NCBI RefSeq assembly: GCF_044704955.1
Contig: NC_091993.1
Coordinates: 620,001 to 684,000, forward strand
Length of the DNA stretch: 64,000 nucleotides
DNA from: Pristiophorus japonicus
Lineage: Eukaryota
Direction: 5' to 3'
The first letter of the stretch is position 1. The number at the start of each line of letters is the position of its first letter. Below, piece by piece: positions 21,607 through 32,737 of the stretch. The position numbers and the translations under genes are program-made. Under the pieces are notes generated by a model that searched no databases, had not been told where the DNA came from, and was given only the letters and a program-made list of their open reading frames with translations.

Positions 21607-24590
21607 TATGGCAGGGGGATGGGAACCAATGCAGGGAGACAGAGGGAAACAAAAAGGAGCCAAAAGCAAAAGACAGAAAGGAGAGGAGGAAAAGTGTAGG
21701 GCAGAGAAACCCAAGGCAAAGAACAAAAAGGGCCACTGTACAGCAAAATTCTAAAAGGACAAAGGGTGTTAATAAAACAAGCCTGAAGGCTTTGTGTCTT
21801 AATGCAAGGAGTATCCGCAATAAGGTGGATGAATTAATTGTGCAAATAGATGTTAACAAATATGATGTGATTGGGATTACGGAGACGTGGCTCCAGGATG
21901 ATCAGGGCTGGGAACTCAACATTCAGGGGTATTCAACATTCAGGAAGGATAGAATAAAAGGAAAAGGAGGTGGGGTAGCATTGCTGGTTAAAGAGGAGAT
22001 TAATGCAATAGTTAGGAAAGACATTAGCTTGGATGATGTGGAATCTATATGGGTAGAGCTGCAGAACACCAAAGGGCAAAAAACGTTAGTAGGAGTTGTG
22101 TACAGACCTCCAAACAGTAATAGGGATGTTGGGGAGGGCATCAAACAGGAAATTAGGGGTGCATGCAATAAAGGTGTAGCAGTTATAATGGGTGACTTTA
22201 ATATGCACATAGATTGGGCTAGCCAAACTGGAAGCAATACGGTGGAGGAGGATTTCCTGGAGTGCATAAGGGATGGTTTTCTAGACCAATATGTTGAGGA
22301 ACCAACTAGGGGGGAGGCCATCTTAGACTGGGTGTTGTGTAATGAGAGAGGATTAATTAGCAATCTCATTGTGCGAGGCCCCTTGGGGAAGAGTGACCAT
22401 AATATGGTGGAATTCTGCATTAGGATGGAGAATGAAACAGTAAATTCAGAGACCATGGTCCAGAACTTAAAGAAGGGTAACTTTGAAGGTATGAGGCGAG
22501 AATTGGCTAGGATAGATTGGCGAATGATACTTAGGGGGTTGACTGTGGATGGGCAATGGCAGACATTTAGAGACCGCATGGATGAAGTACAACAATTGTA
22601 CATTCCTGTCTGGCGTAAAAATAAAAAGGGGAAGGTGGCTCAACCGTGGCTATCTAGGGAAATCAGGGATAGTATTAAAGCCAAGGAAGTGGCATACAAA
22701 TTGGCCAGAAATAGCAGCGAACCTGGGGACTGGGAGAAATTTAGAACTCAGCAGAGGAGGACAAAGGGTTTGATTAGGACAGGGAAAATGGAGTACGAGA
22801 AGAAGCTTGCAGGGAACATTAAGGCGGATTGCAAAAGTTTCTATAGGTATGTAAAGAGAAAAAGGTTGGTGAAGACAAACGTAGGTCCCCTGCAGTCAGA
22901 ATCAGGGGAAGTCATAACGGGGAACAAAGAAATGGCGGATCAATTGAACAAGTACTTTGGTTCGGTATTCACTAAGGAGGATACAAACAACCTTCCGGAT
23001 ATAAAAGGGGTCAGAGGGTCTAGTAAGGAAGAGGAACTGAGGGAAATCTTTATTAGTCGGGAAATTGTGTTGGGGAAATTGATGGGATTGAAGGCAGATA
23101 AATCCCCAGGGCCTGATGGCCTGCATCCTAGAGTACTTAAGGAGGTGGCCTTGGAAATAGCGGATGCATTGACAGTCATTTTCCAACATTCCATTGACTC
23201 TGGATCAGTTCCTATGGAGTGGAGGGTAGCCAATGTAACCCCACTTTTTAAAAAAGGAGGGAGAGAGAAAACAGGGAATTATAGACCGGTCAGCCTGACC
23301 TCAGTAGTGGGTAAAATGATGGAATCAATTATTAAGGATGTCATAGCAGTGCATCTGGAAAATGGTGACATGATAGGTCCAAGTCAGCATGGATTTGTGA
23401 AAGGGAAATCATGCTTGACAAATCTTCTGGAATTTTTTGAGGATGTTTCCAGTAAAGTGGACAAAGGAGAACCAGTTGATGTGGTATATTTGGACTTTCA
23501 GAAGGCTTTCGACAAGGTCCCACACAAGAGATTAATGTGCAAAGTTAAAGCACATGGGATTGGGGGTAGTGTGCTGACGTGGATTGAGAACTGGTTGTCA
23601 GACAGGAAGCAAAGAGTAGGAGTAAACGGGTACTTTTCAGAATGGCAGGCAGTGACTAGTGGAGTGCCGCAAGGTTCTGTGCTGGGGCCCCAGCTGTTTA
23701 CATTGTACATTAATGATTTAGACGAGGGGATTAAATGCAGTATCTCCAAATTTGCGGATGATACTAAGTTGGGTGGCAGTGTGAGCTGCGAGGAGGATGC
23801 TATTAGGCTGCAGAGTGACTTGGATAGGTTAGGTGAGTGGGCAAATGCATGGCAGATGAAGTATAATGTGGATAAATGTGAGGTTATCCACTTTGGTGGT
23901 AAAAACAGAGAGACAGACTATTATCTGAATGGTGACAGATTAGGAAAAGGGAAGGTGCAACGAGACCTGGGTGTCATGGTACATCAGTCATTGAAGGTTG
24001 GCATGCAGGTACAGCAGGCGGTTAAGAAAGCAAATGGCATGTTGGCCTTCATAGCGAGGGGATTTGAATACAGGGGCAGGGAGGTGTTGCTACAGTTGTA
24101 CAGGGCCTTGGTGAGGCCACACCTGGAGTATTGTGTACAGTTTTGGTCTCCTAACTTGAGGAAGGACATTCTTGCTATTGAGGGAGTGCAGCGAAGGTTC
24201 ACCAGACTGATTCCCGGGATGGCGGGACTGACCTATCAAGAAAGATTGGATCAATTGGGCTTGTATTCACTGGAGTTCAGAAGAATGAGAGGGGACCTCA
24301 TAGAAACGTTTAAAATTCTGACGGGTTTAGACAGGTTAGATGCAGAAAGAATGTTCCCAATGTTGGGGAAGTCCAGAACCAGGGGTCACAGTCTGAGGAT
24401 AAGGGGTAAGCCATTTAGGACCGAGATGAGGAGAAACTTCTTCACCCAGAGAGTGGTGAACCTGTGGAATTCTCTACCACAGAAAGTAGTTGAGGCCAAT
24501 TCACTAAATATATTCAAAAGGGAGTTAGATGAAGTCCTTACTACTCGGGGGATCAAGGGTTATGGCGAGAAAGCAGGAAGGGGGTACTGA
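21582..24590 (+). CDS. CR1 ORF2p: AP endonuclease plus reverse transcriptase (frame open from 21582; first ATG at 22188)
   Basis: CLNARS, ITETW, YRPP, GDFN, SDH; YRPVSLTS, QHGF, DFQKAFD, GVPQGSVLGP, FADD. Confidence 0.95.
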   Translation, partial: CCWGGFKLIWQGDGNQCRETEGNKKEPKAKDRKERRKSVGQRNPRQRTKRATVQQNSKRTKGVNKTSLKALCLNARSIRNKVDELIVQIDVNKYDVIGITETWLQDDQGWELNIQGYSTFRKDRIKGKGGGVALLVKEEINAIVRKDISLDDVESIWVELQNTKGQKTLVGVVYRPPNSNRDVGEGIKQEIRGACNKGVAVIMGDFNMHIDWASQTGSNTVEEDFLECIRDGFLDQYVEEPTRGEAILDWVLCNERGLISNLIVRGPLGKSDHNMVEFCIRMENETVNSETMVQNLKKGNFEGMRRELARIDWRMILRGLTVDGQWQTFRDRMDEVQQLYIPVWRKNKKGKVAQPWLSREIRDSIKAKEVAYKLARNSSEPGDWEKFRTQQRRTKGLIRTGKMEYEKKLAGNIKADCKSFYRYVKRKRLVKTNVGPLQSESGEVITGNKEMADQLNKYFGSVFTKEDTNNLPDIKGVRGSSKEEELREIFISREIVLGKLMGLKADKSPGPDGLHPRVLKEVALEIADALTVIFQHSIDSGSVPMEWRVANVTPLFKKGGREKTGNYRPVSLTSVVGKMMESIIKDVIAVHLENGDMIGPSQHGFVKGKSCLTNLLEFFEDVSSKVDKGEPVDVVYLDFQKAFDKVPHKRLMCKVKAHGIGGSVLTWIENWLSDRKQRVGVNGYFSEWQAVTSGVPQGSVLGPQLFTLYINDLDEGIKCSISKFADDTKLGGSVSCEEDAIRLQSDLDRLGEWANAWQMKYNVDKCEVIHFGGKNRETDYYLNGDRLGKGKVQRDLGVMVHQSLKVGMQVQQAVKKANGMLAFIARGFEYRGREVLLQLYRALVRPHLEYCVQFWSPNLRKDILAIEGVQRRFTRLIPGMAGLTYQERLDQLGLYSLEFRRMRGDLIETFKILTGLDRLDAERMFPMLGKSRTRGHSLRIRGKPFRTEMRRNFFTQRVVNLWNSLPQKVVEANSLNIFKRELDEVLTTRGIKGYGEKAGRGY

Positions 24591-25107
24591 AGTTTCATGT
24601 TCAGCCATGAACTCATTGAATGGCGGTGCAGGCTAGAAGGGCTGAATGGCCTGCTCCTGCACCTATTTTCTATGTTTCTATGTTTCTATGTTTCTATGTC
24701 CCGTTAGCAACTCTTAGAGGCGGTAATGAACCTTTAACGAGGGGGCAATTTCGGCCTCTTGGTCTTACGTTATACTTGTAGAATGTTTTTGAACCTTGAA
24801 GGAAGTGGTTGATTTTGAGGTTCTGGAGAAAGTCCAGGAGTCCTGGAGTTTGTTTGGAAAGTCATGATCTTGTCCTTCAGGTGCCAGCTTCTGAACCTGA
24901 TTGCTACAATCAGTTCCACGAGTTCTGTGTTGTATCACGGGCCCACGTGAGACCTTCACAGGTCCCCAGTGACGGTGGGGAATCTGGAGGCTGAGTGACC
25001 CAGAAGTGTTTAGGCACCAGACCGCCAGCAACAACCTAACGGAAGACGTGAGCACCGTATTCAGGCTGATAGTGGTCGTCCAATCACAGGGAGCTTCTGG
25101 ACACTTT

Positions 25108-25682
25108 GGCTGGATTGTAGGCTTTCCTGTTTTCGGGACAAAAACGGAGGTGGGGCAGGAAAATTACCAGCCGGGAATAGTTTGCGCTTTGGTAAGGAAG
25201 TTTGGGCATCTGGGCCCTGCGTCAGGGGGCGCAGTGCGAAGGGAAGTGTTGTACACCTCTCGTGGCAGTAGGGTGGGAAATCCCTGAGCTAAAGAGCCAG
25301 GTCATGTGCGCTCCAAGAGGCCTGGGGGAGGGGTGGAGAAAACCCCCCCCACAAAAACATTCCCAAAACATTGTCCATGCCGCCACAACACAACTCGCTA
25401 AAAAAATTCAAAGAACAAACACTCGCGCTTACCTTCGGAGTACTTTAGCTCCCTCTCTGCCACCGGCGATGCCGGACCGCACTGATTTCCCAGGCGGTCA
25501 TTGAGGGTGCACTTCCGGGCGGACGGATCGGGAAAAAGGCCAAACTCCCGCCGGTGTCACACCGAGAGGCATTGCACAACTGACGCAGCTCTTCCCGGCG
25601 GAGGGTGCGGGAGACCTGAACGCCGCCTTTCACACTGCTCCGGGACGCAACCCCGAGCGCAAAGCACCGGAAAATCCAGCCC
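25108..25682. mobile_element. Harbinger-type MITE (gggctgg family)
   Basis: ggctggatt ... aatccagccc, flanked by ttt/ttt; homologous to 8432-9020. Confidence 0.65.
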
Positions 25683-25978
25683 TTTGAATCTCCTCTTGGG
25701 TCTGAACAATAGATTGATTGGGAATTTCAATTTTATCCCTGGCCATGTATTTTGGGAGAGGCCATGTTCAAGGCTAAATTCTTTGCCTAATAGGATTTTG
25801 CCTGAAGTTAACGACACAATCTTCCCCAGAATTTGGAATTTTGCTGATGATTGAAAGGCATTCATCATCTGTTTCTTGCCCTTAGGATGTTAGCCATGTA
25901 TTGTGGATAAAGTAATCTAAATCAAAGGTGTCTGTTAACGTGTCTATCTTCTGAAGTGTTTGAAAGGTCAAGGTCTCA

Positions 25979-27142
25979 TTTGACAAGGTGCCACATAAAA
26001 GGTTACTGCACAAGATAAAAGTTCACGGGATTGGGGGTAATATATTAACATGGATAGAGGATTGGCTAACTAACAGAAAACAGAGAATCAGGATAAATGG
26101 GTTATTTTCTGGTTGGCAAACAGTGACTAGTGGGTGCCACAGGGATCGTTGCTGGGTCCTCAACTATTTACAATCTATATTAATGACTTGGATGAAGAGA
26201 CCGAGTGTACTGTAGCCAAGTTTGCTGATGATACAAAGATGGATGGGAAAGCAAGTTGTGAGGAGGACAAAAAATCTGCAAAGGGATATAGACAGGCTAA
26301 GTGAGTGGCAAAAATTTGGCAGATGGAGTATAATGTGAGAAAAATGTGACATTATCCAATTTGGCAGAAAAAGTAGAAAAGCAAATTATAATTTAAATGG
26401 AGAAAAATTGCAAAGTGCTGCAGTACAGAGGGACCTGGGGGTCCTTGTGCATGAAACACAAAGTTAGTATGCAGGCACAGCAAGTAATCAGGAAGGCAAA
26501 TGGAATGTTGGCCTTTATTGAAAGGGGATAGAGTATAAAAGCAGAGAAGTCCTGCTGCAACTATACAGGTATTGGTGAGGCCACACCTGGAATACTGCGT
26601 ACAGTTTTGGTCTCCGTATTTAAGGAAGGATACACTTGCATTGGAGGCTGTTCAGAGAAGGTTCACTTGGTTGATTCTGGAGATGAGGGAGTTGACTTAT
26701 GAAAATAGGTTGAGTAGGTTGGGCCTATACACATTGGAGTTCAGAAGAATGAGAGATGATTTTATCGAAACATATAAGATAATGAGGGGGCTCGACAAGG
26801 TGGATGCAGAGAGGATATTTCCACTCATAGGGGAAACTAAAACTAGGGGACATAATTTCAGAATAAGGGGCCACCCATTTAAAACTGATATGAGGAGGAA
26901 TTTCTTCTCTCAGAGGGTTGTAAATCTATGGAATTCTCTGCCCCAGAGAGCTGTGGAAGCTGGGTCATTGAATATATTTAAGGCGGAGATAGACAGATTT
27001 TTGAGCAATAAAGGAGTAAAGGGTTATGGGGAGCGGCAGGGAAGTGAAGCTGAGTCCATAATCGGATCAGCCATGATCTTATTAAATGGTGGAGCAGGAT
27101 CGAGGGGCCGAATGGCCGACTCCTGCTCCTATTTCTTATGTT
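25979..27142 (+). mobile_element. 5'-truncated, frameshifted CR1 (RT region to 3' end)
   Basis: FDKVPHKRLL..., KFADDTK, RPHLEYCVQFW; 3' tail. Confidence 0.92.
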
Positions 27143-27421
27143 CTGGTAGCAGTAGGATTTTTTCTTGTTGGCCACCTTGCGTCATATCACTCTGAGGCAA
27201 ATAAATATTCCTTCGTGTGCCTGATGACATAATACTTTTACATTCTTGACTTTGCTCTACAACATCCTGAAGCTCTTTGGAGGTTTTGTTGGAGACCCCA
27301 GAATATCTTCTTGTCTCCTGATAAACTTTTTTTTGCCAAAACACACAAACATACAAAAAGGTTGGGCGGGAAAGACCAGCCAATCCATTCAGCTTGCTCC
27401 ACACAGTTATGATGTCATAAC

Positions 27422-27427
27422 GTCAGC

Positions 27428-27458
<31 letters not shown>

Positions 27459-27878
27459 GGTCAGAAGGTTGTAGGTTCAAGTCCCACTCCAGGGACATTA
27501 GCACAAATATCTAGGCTGACATCCCAGTGCAGTGCTGAGAGAACGCTGCACTGTCGGAGGTGCTGTCTTTTGGATGAGATGTTAAACCTGTCTGTTCTCT
27601 CAGGTGGATGTAAACGATCCCATTGCACTATTTTGAAGAAGATCAGCGGAGTTATCCCTGGTGTCCTGGCCAATATTTATTCCTCAATCAACATAACAAA
27701 AACGGATTATCTGGTCATTATCACACTACAGTTTGTGGGAGCTTGCTGTGTGCAAATTGGCTGCTGCGTTTCACTACATTACAACAGTGATTACACTTCA
27801 AAAGTACTTCATTGGCTGTAAAGCGCTTTGAGATGTCTGGTGGACGTGATAGGCGCTATATAAATCCAAGTCTTTCTT
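27422..27878 (+). mobile_element. DeuSINE, full length
   Basis: Head with A/B boxes, Deu core and tail. Confidence 0.88.
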
Positions 27879-28240
27879 TAAGCATGATGATTCCCAACAT
27901 TCCCCGACCCGCCACCAGCCATGTAATCTCCTGGAGAGACCAAAATAATACAATGGCCAAATTAGGGAACACAAAATCTGGGAAATTCCTCTCCGACCAA
28001 CTTAAGCGATCAAAACTCGGCCAGGACATCAGATTGACCATGATTTATATTTTTTAGTATTCCACCTATCCCTTTTCAGCTGTGCTTTCCGCCCGAGCCA
28101 AGAACCAATCCAGCTCTCAAAAGAGGGCTTGCAGCAAATCAGCACTCAGCACATGACCTGGCAACGTGTCCCATTGGTCTACCGTCCTGACATCATCTCC
28201 TGACACCTGACCTAGGTCTGCCCTTTGTGTAACTTATACG

Positions 28241-28360
28241 GCCTACGGCCACACTAGTCTGAAAACGCCCGATCTCGTCTGATCTCGGAAACTAAGCAGA
28301 GTCAGGCCTGGTTAGCATTTGAAGGTGAGACCGCCTGGGAATACCAGGTGCAGTAGGCTT
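28241..28360 (+). pseudogene. 5S rRNA retrocopy
   Basis: 120-nt gcctacggcc...cagtaggctt; box C mutated (tttgaaggtgag); no T4 terminator; 12-bp TSD tgtaacttatac. Confidence 0.92.
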
Positions 28361-29010
28361 GCTCCAAAAGAGTTGTAACTTATACACGTGACCCCCCGCC
28401 CGGTCTTCTCTGACCTACTTCAATGAAAAAAGGGCGGGGTGTGCAGTTTTAAGGAAGGGCGGGATTGATGTGGTTGGTGGGGTCAGAGGTAGACGGGCGG
28501 CGAGGGAGATTTTAACCGCCAGGCCTCATCCACACGATTGGCGTCTGCATAATTGCTTTCTCAGCAACTCCACTTATCTGAATAATATTTGGGGGGTTGA
28601 CACTGAAATTATTACTTCAGATAAAAGACTTCGATGAAGATAACTGAACTTCACTGAGGTTTTCAAGAGAAGATGAATGAAGTGCTTGCTCACGTGTTGT
28701 AGATTATGGAAGAGGCTACTTGTCAGTTAATGCTGTTAAGGGAAATTACGCATTCATCTTCCATCCAAGAACAGGATATGAATTCAGGTCGGATAAACTC
28801 CCACTGCAAACACTCGGCTGACCCACAGGAACATTGTGTCTCTGCATAACACGCTGGGTGATTGGTGTTTGTGATCATTCGGCTGGCAAATATTGTTTTA
28901 ACATTTTCTCTTTGTGTGAACAGCAGAAATAAAGCAGGAGATAAATAGTACTGTCTGTTGGGAGTTCCTTCCACAATTCGTGCACCTGGTAACGGTGTGA
29001 CCGAATTATG

Positions 29011-29302
29011 CGGTGTGACTGCGATATGTGTGGGCACTGGGTCCGTGCAGCAGAGCAGGTCTCCAGTCGTCCTGGGTAATCCTTGCCACTGGACCGAGAC
29101 CTAGCTCTGTCAACGTGTGGTGGCTGGTGTGCAACGGTCACCCCACGTTAAAACAATCCACACACGGGCATCTTCCACCCTTCAACATGTAGTTCGGGAT
29201 CTGGAATATTAGGTCCTTCATTGAAACACCTGTGAACTCATCCCTTTTTGGCGTGGAAGCAAGTCATCCTCGATACGAGGGACCGCCTATGATGATGATG
29301 AA
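29011..29302 (+). mobile_element. Non-autonomous RTE-tailed element, 5'-truncated
   Basis: 12-bp TSD gaccgaattatg (28999-29010 / 29303-29314); (ATG)n tail. Confidence 0.88.
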
Positions 29303-29486
29303 GACCGAATTATGAAAGTCTATCCCAAGAGTGACGGAATGCATCATCCACTCCGCACCAAAGAGAAATTCTTCTCACACTCTGGCCACTTCGTTCCTCT
29401 CAGAACAGTGGGACATTGCTGTAATCTGACTGTTCTGGTAAACTTTATATCCTGCAAGCATTAAAAGGATCCATCGTACAAGCAGG

Positions 29487-29541
29487 ATGTGTTACAACAA
29501 TTGGATCCTTGTTGTAATTGGATCCAATTGTTGTAACACAT
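29487..29541. repeat. Perfect 22-bp inverted repeat with 11-nt spacer
   Basis: atgtgttacaacaattggatcc / ggatccaattgttgtaacacat. Confidence 0.95.
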
Positions 29542-29978
29542 TTATATAATGTTTTTCATGACCCCAGGATGCCCCAAAGCGCTTTACAGCCAATGAACTA
29601 TTTTTCAAGTACAGTCACACTGTTGTAATGTAGGAAACGTGTAGCCGGTTTGTGCACAGAAAGCTCTCATAAACAGCAATGTGATAATGACAAGATAATC
29701 TGTATTTTTAGTGATTTTGTGGGAAAAATATTGGCCGTGACACTTGGGAAAACCTCCTTGCTCTTCTTGAAATATTGCTGTGGGTTCTCACGCGAGAGGA
29801 CAGACGGGGCCTCAGTTTAACATCGCATCCAAAACACAGCAACTCCAACAGTGTAGCACTCCCTCCGTACTGCAGTGTCAGCTTAGATTTTGTGATTAAG
29901 TCCCCAGAGTGGGATTTGAACCCACAACCTTCTGATCCAGAGGCGAGAGTGCCGCCTCTGATCCATGGTGACACCGAC
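29542..29978 (-). mobile_element. DeuSINE
   Basis: Reverse-complement tail, core and head. Confidence 0.8.
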
Positions 29979-30020
29979 AGTCTTTCAACACATAAGGAGG
30001 CCATTTGGCTCTACGTCAAG

Positions 30021-30350
30021 TGTCAGCTTGACTCAGTTGGCAGCACTCCCACTCTGAGATGTGAGCGTAGAATCTAGGCTGACATTTCAGTGCAGTACTC
30101 AGGGAGCGCTGCGTTGTCGGAGATGCTGTGTGTCAGAAGAGACGCTAAAATGAGGTCCCGTCTGCTTATTCAATTGGTCATTTGGCACTGTTAAAATAAT
30201 TACAGGTTCTCCCAACCCCCAAAAGCATATTAACTTCCATTCATCTCATTTGCTGTTTGCAGGACCTTGCTGTGCACTCAGGGCTGCATTTCAAGAGTAA
30301 TTAATTGGTTTAGAGGCCTGTTGAGATGTTGAAAGAATGCAGGTTCTTTC
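30021..30350 (+). mobile_element. Degenerate DeuSINE-like SINE
   Basis: gtcagcttgactcagttggcagcactc head; tgcagtactcagggagcgctgc. Confidence 0.6.
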
Positions 30351-30703
30351 CGTGGTGCCTGTGCTCGCTCCGCATTAGAGTTATCTGCTTCTAGTCGGAT
30401 TTTCCTGCTGTTTCCCCATACTCTTTAATATTATTTTCCTGCGGACTCACATTGCGGGTAACACTTTGTTATTGGCTGGTTTATAGTTTCAGGTTTATTG
30501 GGCGACTTCATGCTATTCTGGTCCTTTTCCAGATATAAGTTCACAGAGGATGAAATGGACAGTTTGGAATATGTTTTTCTTTCATTTGATGCTAGCTTTT
30601 TATTCTATTCTTTGTAAGAATGCATGTGTTGCTGGAGCAACAGCGAGCCTGGGATCTTTTGAAGAGACACGCGGGTGAGAGTTCTTGGCCAAACCGTGGG
30701 CCC

Positions 30704-31132
30704 CCCCGACCTGTGTGAGAACACCATCGCAGGTCGGGGCTATAAATAAAGCTGGAGCGCTGGGCCCTGGAACATTGTGGCGGAGGTGCGGCGAATGAGG
30801 GTACGGAGCCCAGAAGAGCCGAGGGCCCAGGGACAGCACGGGCCCAGCCCACACTGCGATATGTGTGTGTACTAGGTCCGTGCAGGAGAGCAGGTCTCCA
30901 GTCGTCCTGGTTCAACCCTTGCCACTGGATAAAGGCCTAGCTCTGTCAATGTCAAGCCCGTGTGGTGGCTGATGTGCAACGGTCACAACACGTTAAAAAA
31001 AATCCACACACAGGCATCTTCCACCCCCTCAACTGGAGTTCAGGACTGGAACATCGGGTCCTTCATTGAAACATCTGTGAACTCTTGTGGAAGCAAGTCA
31101 TCCTCATTCGAGGGACTGCCTATGATAATGAT
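30704..31132 (+). mobile_element. Non-autonomous RTE-tailed element with 5' hairpin and TATA
   Basis: ccccgacctg...caggtcgggg ctataaa; core and tail as in the 2199 copy. Confidence 0.8.
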
Positions 31133-31492
31133 GGTCATTAAATTCCTGTAAGGTGCCTTGGTACACACGATGTCCTTCCAGAGATCAGGGGTCAGACCTA
31201 CAGGAGGGTACAAGCCTGGAACACTGACTGACCGGCTGTGTGTTCCTAGACTTTCCTCTTCCCCATTCTTTCTCCCGAGGTTCCTTTCTTGCATAATCCG
31301 CTGTCGGGAGCATCAACAAACGTTGTCAGCTTTAGTCACATTTGGCTTGTAACTGTGTTGAAAAGGCATTTAAAGCTAACTTGTGCCAACTTCTGCAGCC
31401 CTTGACTTCACGCATACAACACCAACTTACATTTATACGGCGCCCTTAACATAGTAAAATGTCCCAAGGTACTTACCAAGTCAGGTGACTGG

Positions 31493-32016
31493 TCACCACA
31501 TTACAGGAAAGATGTGATTGCACTGGAAAGGGTACAGAGGGGATTTACAACAAGGTTGCCTGGACTGGAGAATTTTGGCTATGAGGAAAGATTGGACAGG
31601 CTGGGTCTGTTTTCTTTGGAACAGAGGAGGCTGAGGGGAAACCTGATTGAGGTGTATAAAATTATGAGGGGCCTGGATAGCGTGGATAGGAAAGACCTGT
31701 TTCCCTTGGCACAGGAGGCAACAACCAGAGAATATAGATTTAAAGTAATTGGGGGGGTTTAGAGGCGATATGAGGGGAAATTTCTCCACCTAGAGGGTAA
31801 TGGGGGTCTGAAACTCACTGCCTGAAAGGGTGGTAGAGGAAGTAACCCTTACCACGTTTAAAAAATACTTGGATACGGACTTAAAGTGCCGTATAAAGGG
31901 CTACGGACCAAGAGCTGGAAAGTGGGATTAGGCTGGATAGCTCTTGGTCAGCCGGCACGGATACAATGGGCCGAAATGGCCTCCTTCCACGCTGTAAATT
32001 TCTGTGATTCTATGAT
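31493..32016 (+). mobile_element. CR1 3' fragment inserted in an L2 tail
   Basis: LERVQRGFT...LGLFSLEQRRLRG; ttctatg tail; minus-strand L2 pieces on both sides. Confidence 0.85.
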
Positions 32017-32737
32017 TGTATGACCAAAAGCTTGATCAAAGAGGTAGGTTTAATGGAGCATCTTAAAGGAGGAGAGAGTGTTTGAGAGGCAGAGAGTGTT
32101 AGGGAGGGAGTTCCAGAGCTTAAATGGGAAAAAAAAAACAATGCATTTACAATCTGACCGTGATGTTGGAGCAGATTTAGTCACCGGTGTTTGTAACAGG
32201 AACAAAGCATCCACAGTTTTATTCGAATGTTTAACAGCATGGGTGGAAGGCCGTGTCATACTGATGGAGAGAAAGGTGGAGACATATGAGGCATTGTGAG
32301 GAAAGGTCCAATCGTTATACTACTATTGATTTGTCTTTATATTGCAGTAATAGCAATCTTTAGCCTTGGCATGTGAAGTTTGTGTCAATTTAATGGACCA
32401 CTGGGCTATTGAGCCAATGCTGACCTTAAAGCAACGCTCAGTTTAATCACTTCAGTAAACCATATTAAAAGACAATGCATACATTTCAGAGAACTTCAAG
32501 CAGTTGACAACAAGTGCAGGAAAAAAAGCAATTAGTTCTGCAAAGTAAAATGGAATGAAAGACAGACAGATGTACAATGTTAAAATTTCACTTGGTGGAA
32601 CAAGGATGAACCTATAGAAAGATAACAATGTAGGGGAGCTGTACCGGTCTATGCAAAAATAACTTGTTAAAACTAAAGTTATTGATAAAAGATAAGTCAG
32701 CTAAATTCTCCTTATATGAAGTTGTATTAAAAAAAAT

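Larger units (their letters stand above)
20120..24696 (+). mobile_element. Full-length, apparently intact CR1 LINE
   Basis: 5' monomer array, uninterrupted ORF1 and ORF2, (tttctatg)4 tail, possible TSD tgtc (20116-20119 / 24697-24700). Confidence 0.95.
19486..24758. mobile_element. Harbinger-type MITE split by the full-length CR1
   Basis: Left TIR ggccgaaattgccc near 19487; right TIR gggcaatttcggcc near 24743-24756. Confidence 0.75.

Noticed and set aside
21923-22603. Antisense ORFs over CR1 ORF2 (also 40437-41045)
   Set aside because: Expected shadow frames of a purine-rich coding strand; no domain motifs
27422-27495. tRNA gene (similar heads at 4279, 14401, 33115, 57339)
   Set aside because: A/B-box heads run into SINE body sequence where it is retained, and lack a terminator; they are SINE heads
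28241-28360. Functional 5S rRNA gene
   Set aside because: Solitary, box C mutated, no oligo-T terminator, flanked by a TSD
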